The notes beneath the pieces are model-generated. The model was given only the letters and a program-made list of their open reading frames with translations. It was not told the origin of the DNA and did not search any database. This document shows positions 50,014-59,506 of a stretch of 64,000 bases of DNA, piece after piece; the stretch's first letter is position 1; each line of letters starts with the position of its first letter. The DNA is taken from positions 9,590-73,589 of the forward strand of contig CAVTCK010000017.1 of assembly GCA_963733155.1 (NCBI GenBank), in the 5' to 3' direction. This DNA comes from an uncultured Actinomycetes bacterium (GTDB lineage Bacteria; Actinomycetota; Thermoleophilia; Gaiellales; Gaiellaceae). The position numbers were made by a program, and so were the translations under genes.

Positions 50014-50406
50014 ATGCCACGCGACGACGTCAACCCGGCAGCGCTCCATCCGGCACCCGGCTTCAGCCACGTCAGCGTCGCCGACGGGAGCCACGAGGTC
50101 TACTTTGCCGGCCAACTCGCGCTCGACCCTGAGTTCGGGATCGTCGGCGGCGACGATCTGGGCGAGCAGACGAAGGCGGCGATGCGGAACCTCCAGGTCG
50201 CGATGCAGGAGGTCGGCGCCGCGTGGGACGACATCGTGCGCAGGACGATCTACACCCTCCACCCGACCGAGTACGAGGTGATCACGGCCGCGATCGACGA
50301 GGTGACCGGCGGCGCTGCGCACCCGGCGCAGACCATCGTCGGCGTCATCGGGCTTGCTGTTCCGGGCTGCCTGATCGAGATCGAGTGCACCGCCTCGCTC
50401 GACTGA
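50014..50406 (+). CDS. RidA/YjgF-family protein (second copy in the window)
   Basis: AAGGAGG RBS at 50003-50009. GFSHVSVADGSHEVYFAGQLALD...QTKAAMRNLQVAMQEVGAAWDDIV...GCLIEIECTA. Confidence 0.85.
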   Translation: MPRDDVNPAALHPAPGFSHVSVADGSHEVYFAGQLALDPEFGIVGGDDLGEQTKAAMRNLQVAMQEVGAAWDDIVRRTIYTLHPTEYEVITAAIDEVTGGAAHPAQTIVGVIGLAVPGCLIEIECTASLD

Positions 50407-50409
50407 GCC

Positions 50410-51153
50410 GTGCTGGTCTTCCGACATTTGACATCTGATCAAATGCGCGGGACGATGGCCGTCGTGAAGCGCACGGCGCTCGCCCAGGGGAAGCCGCGTC
50501 ATCAGACGATGGCGGAGGCGGCGGTAGCGGAGCTTCAGGAAGGGATCCTTACGGGTGAGCTGCCGCCGGGGTCGCCGCTCCGGCTCGAGGAGCTCGCCCG
50601 CTCGCTCGGGATGAGCATCTCCCCGGTTCGCGAGGCGGTGCGCCAGCTGGAGGGCCTGGGTCTCGCGGTGCACGTCCCGCACCGCGGTGCGCGGGTCAGT
50701 GAGCTTGCGATCGAGGACCTGCACGACGCTTACGAGGCCCGGCTCGCGCTCGAGCCGCTGGCCGTCCGCCGGGCGGCGGTGCGGTTCACCGACGAGGACG
50801 CCGAGCGCGGGCGTGTGCTCCTGGACGACTACGCGGCGGCGCATCGGCGCGGCGATCAGCGGGCCGCCCGTCGCTTCCACGCCGAGTTCCACCTCTCCCT
50901 GTACGCCGCCTCCGGCTCGGCCTGGCTCATGCGCCTGATCCGCCCCGCGTGGGAGAACTGCGAGCGCTACCGCGCGCTCTCCCTTGCCGGGCGGTCGCTT
51001 CGCCAGCGGCGCGAGGAGCACGAGGCGATCCTCGCGGCCTGCGCGCGTCAAGACCCGGACGAGGCCGCGGAGCTCGTTCGCCGGCACCTCTCGCTGACCG
51101 CCAACCTCGTCGCCCGGCGCATGGGCGCCGGCGACCTCTTCGAGAACTCGTGA
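50410..51153 (+). CDS. GntR-family (FadR/FCD subfamily) transcriptional regulator; the start is probably internal (ATG 50455 or 50509)
   Basis: HTH: LPPGSPLRLEELARSLGMSISPVREAVRQLEGLGLAVHVPHRGARV. FCD-like helical C-terminus: FHAEFHLSLYAASGSAWLMRLI... Confidence 0.8.
   Translation: MLVFRHLTSDQMRGTMAVVKRTALAQGKPRHQTMAEAAVAELQEGILTGELPPGSPLRLEELARSLGMSISPVREAVRQLEGLGLAVHVPHRGARVSELAIEDLHDAYEARLALEPLAVRRAAVRFTDEDAERGRVLLDDYAAAHRRGDQRAARRFHAEFHLSLYAASGSAWLMRLIRPAWENCERYRALSLAGRSLRQRREEHEAILAACARQDPDEAAELVRRHLSLTANLVARRMGAGDLFENS
50425..50445. promoter_or_regulatory. AT-rich inverted repeat with an embedded TTGACA, immediately upstream of or within the 5' end of the GntR gene (candidate operator or internal promoter)
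   Basis: CATTTGA-catctga-TCAAATG. TTGACA at 50428-50433. Confidence 0.35.
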
Positions 51154-51734
51154 GCGACTACGCGGAATTCGCGCCCGACCCCCGGGTCCTCGTCGGCGGC
51201 TACATCGAGGCGGATCCCGCCTTCGCCCCGCGCCGGCCGGCCAGCGTGGACGAGGAGACGTTCAAGTCCGCGATGCGCTCGCTCGCCGCGGGCGTCGTCA
51301 TGGTGATCGCGCGCAAGGGCGACCGGCTCTGGGGCCTGACGATCAGCGCGTGCTGCTCGATCTCGGCCAACCCGCCCCGGGTGCTGATCTCGCTCGCCGA
51401 CGACGCGAGCTGCCGGGACGCGATCCTCGAGACGCGGCGCTTCGGCCTCAGCGTGCTCCGCGACGACCAGAAGCATCTGGCCGAGCTCGGCGCGGTGCCG
51501 GGCGCGCCCAAGTATGTGGACGTGTTCTGCGAGGACGCGGGCTCCGAGGAGCCGACGACGATGATCGCGGGCGCGCTCGTCCACCTCGAGTGCGCCGTCG
51601 AGCGCGTCTTCGGCGTGAGCGGCCACACGCTCCTGATCGGCGACGTTCAAGCAGTCGTCTCCTCGAGCCGCGAGGGCGGCCCGCTCCTCTACTTCGACCG
51701 CACCTTTCACGCGCTCGGAGACACCCTGCGATGA
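51150..51734 (+). CDS. Flavin reductase (FMN-binding split-barrel) family protein
   Basis: FKSAMRSLAAGVVMVIARKGDRLWGLTISACCSISANPPRVLISL...TLLIGDVQAVV...PLLYFDRTFHAL. GTG start in a GTGA overlap with the gntR-like gene. Confidence 0.8.
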   Translation: MSDYAEFAPDPRVLVGGYIEADPAFAPRRPASVDEETFKSAMRSLAAGVVMVIARKGDRLWGLTISACCSISANPPRVLISLADDASCRDAILETRRFGLSVLRDDQKHLAELGAVPGAPKYVDVFCEDAGSEEPTTMIAGALVHLECAVERVFGVSGHTLLIGDVQAVVSSSREGGPLLYFDRTFHALGDTLR

Positions 51735-51873
51735 GCGTCGCTCGCCTCCGGCTCGCTCCTGTGGGGGAAACCAGCGCTCCCCCACGGGCCCCCTTCTTTG
51801 AGACAGTGAGGGAACCTCCCGGTTCCCTCACACACCCTCCACACGCTCATAGGCCAAAGGTCGGCCTATGAGC
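51731..51873 (+). repeat. Family-A intercistronic repeat, copy 2 (46-codon ORF with ATGA overlaps at both ends; three hairpins)
   Basis: ORF MSVARLRLAPVGETSAPPRAPFFETVREPPGSLTHPPHAHRPKVGL, 51731-51871. Hairpins at 51761-51785, 51806-51831 and 51846-51872. Flanked by ATGAGCG on both sides. Confidence 0.85.
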
Positions 51874-53508
51874 GAGCGCTACGACGTCGTTTTCGTCGGC
51901 AGCGGCATCAACTCGCTCGTCGCTGCAGCTCTCCTCGCCCGCGGGGGGAAGCGCGTGCTCGTGCTCGAGCGCAACGACTACGTCGGGCGGCGCGATCCGG
52001 ACCGCGGAGATCACCGAGCCGGGCTTCGTGCACGAGGTCTTCTCCTCGCTGGCACCCGCTCTTCCTCGGCTCGGCGGCCTATGCCGAGCTTGGGGAGGAG
52101 CTGGGCTCGCGTGGCCTCGAGTACCTGAACACCGAGCTGCCGACGGCCTCGCTCTTCCCGGACGGCTCGAGCGCGTTCCTGAGCACGTCCCACGAGGCAA
52201 ACGTGGAGGAGTTCGAGCGGCTCGCGCCCGGGGACGGCGAAGCCTGGCGGCGGGTCGTCGACGGGTTCATGCCCACCGCCGACCTGGCGTTCGGCGTGCT
52301 CGGCACGGAGCTCTGGTCGTCGTCCGGCGCCGGCCTCGGCGTCAAGGCGTACCGCCGGCTGGGACGGCGCGGCCTGGTCGAGTTCAGCGGCGCTCTGCTC
52401 GCCTCCTGCCGCGACTGGGTCGCCGAGACGTTCGCCTCACCGCAGGTGCACGGGCTCCTCGCCCCGTGGGTCCTGCACACGGGGGTCGGGCCGGACGCGG
52501 CCTCCTCCGGGTTCATGACCCGCGTGATCGCGGTGGCGATCGAGCTCGGCGGCATGCCGGTTCCCCGCGGCGGCGGCGTGCGGCTCGTGGAGGCGCTCAC
52601 GGGGATCGTCCGCGACGCGGGCGGCGCCTGCGAGACGGGCCGCGACGTGGAGCGCGTCCTCGTCCGCGACGGACGCGCCGCCGGGGTCGCGCTCGCCGGG
52701 GGCGAGACCGTCGAGGCCGGGGAGGCCGTCGTCGCCAACGTCACTCCGACCCAGCTCTACGACCGGTTGCTCGCCGGCGTCTCGATCCCGGCCGAGACGG
52801 CGGAGGCGGCCCGCCGGTTTCGCTACGGCCGCGCGGGCATGCAGATCCACATGGCCCTCTCGGAGCCGCCGCGCTGGGCGGGCGACGAGCGGCTCGGGCG
52901 CACCGCGATCGTCCACCTCACGCCCGGCCTCGACGGCGTCTCCCGGGCGGTGAACGAGGCAGAGCGGGGGCTGCTCCCGGCCGAGGCGACGATCGTCTGC
53001 GGGCAGCCGACGACGGTCGACCCTTCGCGCGCTCCGGAGGGCGCGTCGATCCTGTGGATCCAGCTCCAGGAGCTGCCGGCGCACGTGCGCGGCGACGCCG
53101 CCGGCGAGCTCGACGTCGGAGACGGGGCGTGGACGGGAGGGCTTGCGGGAGCAGTACGCAGACCGCATCCAGGCCCGCCTCGCGCTGCAGATCGAGAACC
53201 TCGACTCGGCGCTCCTCGAGCGCGTCGTCCTCTCGCCCGCGGACATCGAGACGGCCAACATGAACATGGTCGGCGGCGACATCTACAGCGGCTCCTGCAG
53301 CCTCGACCAGAATCTCGTCTGGCGGCCGCGCCCCGAGCTTCCCGGCCACGGGACGCCGATCGACGGGCTGTACCACATCGGCGCGAGCACGCATCCCGGC
53401 CCCGGGCTGGGGGCGGGCTCGGGGACGCTCGTGGCGAAGCACCTGCTCAAGCCGCCGCTCCCCAAGCGGGCGCTCAGCCGCCTGGGATCGCTTCGGGAGC
53501 GGGTTTGA
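51868..53508 (+). pseudogene. Phytoene-desaturase-family NAD(P)/FAD-dependent oxidoreductase (CrtI-like), 3 frameshifts
   Basis: MSERYDVVFVGSGINSLVAAALLARGGKRVLVLERNDYVG / AIRTAEITEPGFVHEVFSS / HPLFLGSAAYAELG...MEEFERLAPGDGEAW...GMPVPRGGGVRLVEAL... / REQYADRIQARL...GGDIYSGSCSLDQ...GLYHIGASTHPGPGLGAGSG, in ORFs 51868-, 52028-, 52203- and 53143-53508. Confidence 0.8.
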
Positions 53509-53581
53509 CACTTGATAAAACATGGTTCAGAGTCGCGGCGGCGGGGCGTTGCGGCGCCTGGATCCGACCGGGAGGTAGAGG

Positions 53582-54676
53582 ATGAGGTTCAGCCTGTACT
53601 CGGAGATCCAGCACTGGCCGGGCAAGTCGCCGGCCCAGCTCTACGAGGAAGTGGTGGAGCAGGTGGTGAACGCAGACCGCCTCGGCTACCACGCATACGC
53701 CGCGATCGAGCACTTCTTCTTCCCCAAGTTCTCGATCTCCGCGAACCCGTTCGCGCTCTGGGGCATCTGCGCGGCCCGCACGAGCCAGATCAGGTTCCGG
53801 ACACTCGGTCACGTCCTCCCGTACCACAACCCGACGATCCTGGCGTCGCAGATCGCTGCGGCCGACATCTTCTTCGGCGGCCGCTACGAGTTCGGCGCCC
53901 TCCGCGGCCACGGGTGGATCCCGCTCAAGGCCGGCGTCCCGCTCGCCGAGACCCGCGACCGCTACGAGGAGTCGCTCGACATCCTCTTCACGGCGCTCGA
54001 GCAGGAACGGTTCTCCTACGACGGCGACTTCTACAAGATCGACGACTCACACGTGGTGCCACGGCCGCCGCGCAGCTTCCGCGTCTTCCTGGGCGGCACG
54101 AGCGACCGCACGTACGAGCTCGCCGCCGAGCGCGGCTGGGCCGTCGTCGTGCCCCCGCTCCTGCCCTACGCCGCGCTCAAGGAGCAGCTCGACCTCTACC
54201 GGTCGAAGTGCGCCGAGCACGGCACCGAGCCTGACATCGTCTGGATCCACGCTTGCTACATCGACGAGGACCGGGACGCCGCCAAGCGTGAGGCGGAGCA
54301 GGGCATGAAGCAGTTCCTGGCCGGCAACGCGTCGCCGCTCACGGAGGGCGACGAGCTGCCGCCGCCGGACGAGCTCGAGGCGGCCGGCTACGGGTTCTAT
54401 GCCGCCGGCATCCTCGAGCAGCTGGCGGAGACGCCCTACGACGAGATGATCGACGGCGACGTCATCTGGGTGGGGACGCCGGAAGACGTGATCGAGCGCA
54501 TCGAGGCGGTCCGCGACGTCTGCGAGGGCCTCACCGAGATCTCGATCACCGTCAATGCCGGCGGATTCGAGCACTGGCAGGCGATCAAGGCGCAGGAGCT
54601 CTTCGCGGCGAGGGTGATCCCGCACTTCCGCGAGCAGGCGCCGGTCGAGTCCACGGGCGATCCCGCCTACGCCTAG
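53582..54676 (+). CDS. LLM-class (luciferase-like) flavin-dependent oxidoreductase
   Basis: Intact 364 aa. MRFSLYSE...VVNADRLGYHAYAAIEHFFFPKFSISANP...FRTLGHVLPYHNP...FLGGTSDRTYELAAERGW. Confidence 0.8.
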   Translation: MRFSLYSEIQHWPGKSPAQLYEEVVEQVVNADRLGYHAYAAIEHFFFPKFSISANPFALWGICAARTSQIRFRTLGHVLPYHNPTILASQIAAADIFFGGRYEFGALRGHGWIPLKAGVPLAETRDRYEESLDILFTALEQERFSYDGDFYKIDDSHVVPRPPRSFRVFLGGTSDRTYELAAERGWAVVVPPLLPYAALKEQLDLYRSKCAEHGTEPDIVWIHACYIDEDRDAAKREAEQGMKQFLAGNASPLTEGDELPPPDELEAAGYGFYAAGILEQLAETPYDEMIDGDVIWVGTPEDVIERIEAVRDVCEGLTEISITVNAGGFEHWQAIKAQELFAARVIPHFREQAPVESTGDPAYA

Positions 54677-54723
54677 TGCCCCTCCAGGCAATACAAGCAA
54701 GCCGGCATTACCTGAAGGGGCAC
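54676..54723 (+). other. Long imperfect intercistronic hairpin (17-bp arms, 2 mismatches), comparatively AT-rich
   Basis: gtgcccctccaggcaat-N14-attacctgaaggggcac, lying between TAG 54674-54676 and GTG 54726. Confidence 0.5.
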
Positions 54724-54725
54724 TC

Positions 54726-55614
54726 GTGAGCCCGTCCGCTCCTCCCTTTGCGGTCTGCGAGTTCACGACGCTCAACGCGAGCTTCGAGGACGACCTTGCC
54801 GCGTATCGCGCGGCCGGCGCGAGCGGGATCGGCATCTGCGAGATCAAGCTCGAGGAGGGCCGCGAGGAAGAGCAGCTCGAAGCGTTCAGGGCGAGCGGCC
54901 TCGAGGCTACGAGCGCAGTCCCGGCGGTGCCGTCGATCCTGCCGCTTCCCCACCTTCCCGGTCCCGGAGGATCCGGCCGCGCGGATCGAGGCTCTCCGCG
55001 CGAGCGTCCGGCGGCTCGCGCCGTTCGAGCCGACCGCGCTCGTATGCCTGACCGGCCCGGCCGGGGCGCTCGGGAACGAGGACGCGCGGCGCCTCGTCGT
55101 CGCCGGGCTCCGAGCCGTCGCGGACGAGGCTGAGCGCGCAGGATTCCCCGTGGGGCTCGAGCCGATGAGCGCCCACTTCCGCGAGGACTGGACGATCGCG
55201 ACGACGCTCGACGAGGCGGCCGAGCTTCTGCGACGAGGCCGGCCACGAGAACGTCGGGATCCTCTTCGACACGTGGCATCTGTGGGACACCGCGGACCTG
55301 GCGGGGGCGATCCAGGGTCACGCGCCACAGGATCGTCGGCGTCCACGTGAACGACTGGCGTGAGGAGACGCGAGGCTGGTGCGATCGCGTTCTCCCGGGA
55401 GACGGTGTCGCGGACCTCCCGGCGATCCTCGGCGCGCTTGCGGACGCCGGCTGGAGCGGCGCCTACGAGCTCGAGGTCTTCTCCGGACGACGGGACGTTC
55501 GGATCGGCGTATCCCGATTCCCTCTGGAAGGAGGACGCCGGCGACCTCGCCCGCCGCGGACATGACGCGTTTCGCCAACTGTGGGAGCGGCCCGCCGTCG
55601 AAATGAAGGCGTGA
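54726..55614 (+). pseudogene. Sugar-phosphate isomerase/epimerase (xylose-isomerase-like TIM barrel), 4 frameshifts
   Basis: FAVCEFTTLNASFEDDLAAYRAAGASGIGICE / DPAARIEALRASVRRLAPF...GFPVGLEPMSAHF / DEAGHENVGILFDTWHLW / RIVGVHVNDW...LPGDGVADLPAILGALADAGWSGAYELEVFS / DGTFGSAYPDSLWKEDAGDLARRG, in alternating frames. Confidence 0.8.
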
Positions 55615-56618
55615 CTGAGCGCGTCTGCATCGTCGGGGGCGGCGTCATCGGCAGCCTCTATGCCGCCCATCTCGCCTCGGTCGCCGACGTGTGGGTGTTG
55701 ACGCGGCGGGCCGAGCACGCCCGCTCGCTCGAGGAGGACGGGCTCCGGGTCTCGGGGAAGCACGACTTCACTGCGCGCCTGCGGGCTACGTCCGACCCGG
55801 GTGAGCTGCCGGAGATCGATCTGGTCATCCTCGCGACGAAGGCGACCCAACTCGACGAGGCGGCGGCTGTCCTTGAGGGGCACGTTCCGAGAGCCACCGT
55901 GATGACCATCCAGAACGGCCTCGGCGCCGAGGAGATCGTGGGCCGCCACGGCGACTGGCCGATCGTCTCGGCCGTGACCTTCATGAGCGGTGACCGCCAC
56001 GCGGACACGCACGTCGAGTACGAGCTCGACACGCCCACGTGGTTGGGCCCGTACGCGGGGACCGGCACGCCGTTCGACCGGGTGCAGGAGATCGAGGGGC
56101 TTCTGCGCGCCGCGGGGCTCGAAGCGGAGGCGTTCCCGGACCTCCTGCCGGCGCAGTGGTCGAAGCTGATCTTCAACGCGACGGTGAACACGGTCTCGGC
56201 GCTCACCGGTCTCGGCCACGTGGAGCTCTTTGCCCGCGAGGAAGAGCCGACGGATCTCGGACGCCTCGTGCATGCGCTCATGGACGAGGGGATGCACGTG
56301 GCCGCGGCGGCGGGCGTCGAGCTGCACGAGGACCCGTGGGAGATGAACGTCCTCGCCGTGCAGAGGGGGGAGACGCAACAGAGCGACTATGCGCACGTGC
56401 CGTCCATGCTCGAGGACGTGCGTTCGTCGAGGCCGACCGAGGTCGACTTCATCACGGGCGCGCTCGTCCGCGAGGCCGAGCGGCTCGGCGTGGAGGTGCC
56501 GTTGCACACGGCGATGTACCGGTTGGTGAAGGGGAGAGAAGCGGCGTATCCGCCGGGAGAAGGCCGGGCTCCGGCGGTGGCCGGCGAAGTGAAAACGGTC
56601 GAGAGGAGTTCGGCATGA
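55611..56618 (+). CDS. Ketopantoate-reductase (PanE/ApbA) family oxidoreductase
   Basis: Intact. VCIVGGGVIGSLYAAHLA...LVILATKATQ...MTIQNGLG...QWSKLIFNATVNTVSALTG...SMLEDVRSSRPTEVDFITG. GTG in a GTGA overlap. Confidence 0.8.
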   Translation: MTERVCIVGGGVIGSLYAAHLASVADVWVLTRRAEHARSLEEDGLRVSGKHDFTARLRATSDPGELPEIDLVILATKATQLDEAAAVLEGHVPRATVMTIQNGLGAEEIVGRHGDWPIVSAVTFMSGDRHADTHVEYELDTPTWLGPYAGTGTPFDRVQEIEGLLRAAGLEAEAFPDLLPAQWSKLIFNATVNTVSALTGLGHVELFAREEEPTDLGRLVHALMDEGMHVAAAAGVELHEDPWEMNVLAVQRGETQQSDYAHVPSMLEDVRSSRPTEVDFITGALVREAERLGVEVPLHTAMYRLVKGREAAYPPGEGRAPAVAGEVKTVERSSA

Positions 56619-57848
56619 GAGGAACGACGAGATGGAGCTTGCTGCTCGCGCTCGTGCTGGCGTTCGGGCTCGCGGTTGCAGCCTGCGGCGGCGACGATGA
56701 CGACGACGGCGACGCGGCGGCGGACACGGCGACCACCGGGGAGGGCGAGGCGTCCGGCGAGCCGATCGTGATCGGCGCCGCGGTGGACCTGACGAATCAG
56801 ATGGCGCCCTTCGACGGGCCCGCCGTGACGGCGGCGCAGATCCAGGTGGACGCGATCAACGCAGGCAGGCGGCGTCGACGGCCGGCAGGTCGAGCTGCGC
56901 GTCGTCGATCACCAGCTTGACCCGGAGCGAACGAAGTCCGCGGCGATCGAGCTGATCGACGGCGGCGCCGAGGTCCTGCTCGTGACCTGCGACGTCGACT
57001 TCGCCACCCCGGCCGTACAGGAGGCGATCACGCGGGGAGTCCTCGCGGTGGCGCCCTGCATCGGGACCGATCAGATGGGCCCGGAGCGCTTCGGCGACGC
57101 GGGGAAGCTCGCGTTCAGCATCGGCAACGTCGCGCAGGACGAAGGCGCGGCCATGGCCGAGTTCGCGATCGAGCAGGGCTGGATGACCGCTGCGACGGTG
57201 ACCGACAACGTCATCGTCTACTTCCAGGACGTCGTCAAGGCGTTCGCGGCGCGGTACGAGGAGCTCGGCGGCGAGATCGCGGTCGAGGAGTCGTGGACGC
57301 AGGGCGACGGGACGATCCAGAACGTCGTCAGCTCCCTCGACGGCGCGAACGTCGACGTGATCGCCACGTCGACCGCGTTCGACGACATGCCCGCCCTCGT
57401 CGGCGGCCTCCGCAGCCTCGGCAACGAGACGCCGATCATCTGCGGCTGGTCGTGCGACGGCAACTACTGGCTGCCGGAGGGCACGAGCAACTTCTACACC
57501 GTGACCTATGCGTCGGTCTTCGGCGACGATCCGAGCACCGAGGTGCAGGCGTTGATCGACGAGATGACGGCTCAGGACCAGGCCCCCGGCACCGGCGGCT
57601 TCATCACCGGCGCCGCGGCCATCGACGCGATCGCGGCGGCGGTCGAGGAGACCGGCGGCACCGAGGGCGAGGCGCTCGCGGACGCGTTCGAGTCGTTCGA
57701 CGGCCTCGAGACGATCTCGGGGGACATCAGCTTCTCCGAGGAGTTCCACTCGGTCTTCGGTCGCGAGTACCGAGTGATGGAGGTGCAGAACAGCCAGCCC
57801 GCGTTCGTCGAGCTGAGGGCGGCCAGCTCGCCCGCCGAGATCGAGTGA
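56615..57848 (+). pseudogene. livK: LivK-like ABC substrate-binding lipoprotein, one frameshift near 56865
   Basis: Lipobox LAVAACGG and PIVIGAAVDLTNQMAPFDGPAVTAAQIQVDAINA (ORF 56039-56920), then GGVDGRQVELRVVDHQLDP...LLVTCDVDFATPAVQEA... (ORF 56982-57848 frame). Confidence 0.8.
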
Positions 57849-57855
57849 TCGCCGT

Positions 57856-58615
57856 GTGACCGATACGGCGCCGGAAGCCCGCCGCTGGCCCGGAGAGACT
57901 CTCCGGGCCAGCGGCATATCACGCTCCTTCGAAGGCGTGCACGCGCTCAACGGCGTGTACGCTCGAGCTGCATCGCCACGAGGTCGTCGGGCTGATCGGC
58001 CCGAACGGCGCCGGGAAGACGACGCTCGTCAACATCGTCACGGGCTTCGACTCCCCTACCGAGGGCGAGGTCGAGCTCGCGGGTGAGGCGATCACGTCGT
58101 GGGCGCCCCACCGCCGGGCGCGGGCCGGGCTGGCGCGGACGTACCAGCAGGGGAGGCTCTTCTCCGGCCTCTCGGCGCGCGAGAACGTCGAGGTGGCCGC
58201 GCTCGGCGTCGGTGCCTCGCCCCGCGAGGCGAGGCGGCGGGCCGGCGAGCTCCTCGCCCTGCTCGGGCTCGAGCGCCGCGCGGACTCCTCGGCGGCCGTC
58301 CTCCCGCACGGAGAGGAGCGAAAGCTCGGCGTCGCGCGCGCGTTGGCCACCGATCCTCGTTTCGTCCTCATGGACGAGCCGGCGGCGGGCCTGTCCGAGG
58401 CCGAGGTGCCGGACTTCGCAGAGGTCGTGCGGACGGTGCGCGAGGAGCGCGAGGCCGGCGTGCTCCTGATCGACCACAACGTCGCCCTCATCCTCGAGGT
58501 CTGCGACCGCATCCAGGTTCTCGACCAGGGCAGGACGCTCGCCGAGGGAACGCCGGCAGAGATTCGGCGCAACATCGACGTCACGGCCGCCTACCTCGGG
58601 AGCGCGCGTGCGCTA
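57856..58615 (+). pseudogene. livG: LivG-like ABC ATP-binding protein; a frameshift near 57957 and no in-frame stop before repeat B2
   Basis: ISRSFEGVHALNGV, frame change, then LELHRHEVVGLIGPNGAGKTTLVNIVTG...LPHGEERKLGVARALATDPRFVLMDEPAAGL...LLIDHNVALI...DVTAAYLGS. Confidence 0.8.
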
Positions 58616-58780
58616 AGAACCCGTTTCGAAATGAAGCCGGGTGTCGCCGGAACGCCCTGGACGGCGCGATTCTGCGTCCTCGGTCGCGCCCGTATTCTCG
58701 AATACGAGCGCTCCCTGCGTCCTTGCCTCGCACTCGCCCAGGACGCCCCGACGACAGCGCGTCATTCCAAAATGAGTTCT
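58616..58780 (+). mobile_element. Family-B MITE-like repeat, copy 2, between the livG-like and livF-like genes
   Basis: TIRs agaacccgtttcgaaatgaagc / gcgtcattccaaaatgagttct (17/22). Hairpin cgcccgtatt-ctcg-aatacgagcg at 58687-58710. Open in the livG frame throughout. The livF-like ATG (58772) lies inside the right TIR. Confidence 0.8.
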
Positions 58781-59493
58781 GACGCCATCCTCGAGCTCCG
58801 GGATCTCGAGCTCCGCTACGGCGGCGTCCCCGCGGTGCGCGGCCTCAGCCTGCGGCTCGAGCGCGGCGAGGTGGTGGGGCTCGTCGGCCCGAACGGAGCC
58901 GGGAAGACCTCGACGCTCCTGGCGATCATGGGCGTCGTCCAGCCGTACCGCGGGGAGATCCTGCACGCTCGGGCGGCCGCTCGCGGGCCTCGGGACGGAC
59001 GCGATCGTGCGCTCGGGAGTCGCGCTCGTGCCCGAGGGACGGCAGATCTTCCCGGAGCTCACGGTCGAGGAGAATCTCAGGCTGGGGCTGGTCGGCCGCC
59101 GCTCGCGGGACGGCGCCGAGGATGACCTCGCGCGCGTCGCCGCCCTCTTCCCCGTCGTCGGCGGGGACCGCCACCGCCCTGCGGGCGTGCTCTCCGGCGG
59201 GCAGCAGCAGCAGCTTGCGATCGCGCGGGCGCTCGTCGCCCGGCCCGACCTTCTCCTCCTCGACGAGCCCTCCCTCGGGCTTGCGCCGACGGTCGTCGAG
59301 GATGTCTTCGCCGCGCTGGCGGAGATCCGGGAGGGCGGCGTCACGATCCTGCTCGTCGAGCAGCGGGCGCAGTTCGCCGTCGGCTTCGCCGACCGCACCC
59401 ACGTGCTCGCGAACGGGCGAGCTCAGGCTCACGCTGACTCCGGCGGACGCGGACGACACCGCCCGCATCACCGCGGCCTACTTCGGATCGTGA
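58772..59493 (+). pseudogene. livF: LivF-like ABC ATP-binding protein, 2 frameshifts
   Basis: ILELRDLELRYGGVPAVRGLSLRLERGEVVGLVGPNGAGKTSTL / GVALVPEGRQIFPELTVEENL...LSGGQQQQLAIARALVARPDLLLLDEPSLGL...ILLVEQ / [25 protein letters not shown]. Confidence 0.8.
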
Positions 59494-59506
59494 CTGGAGG
59501 GCGGCC

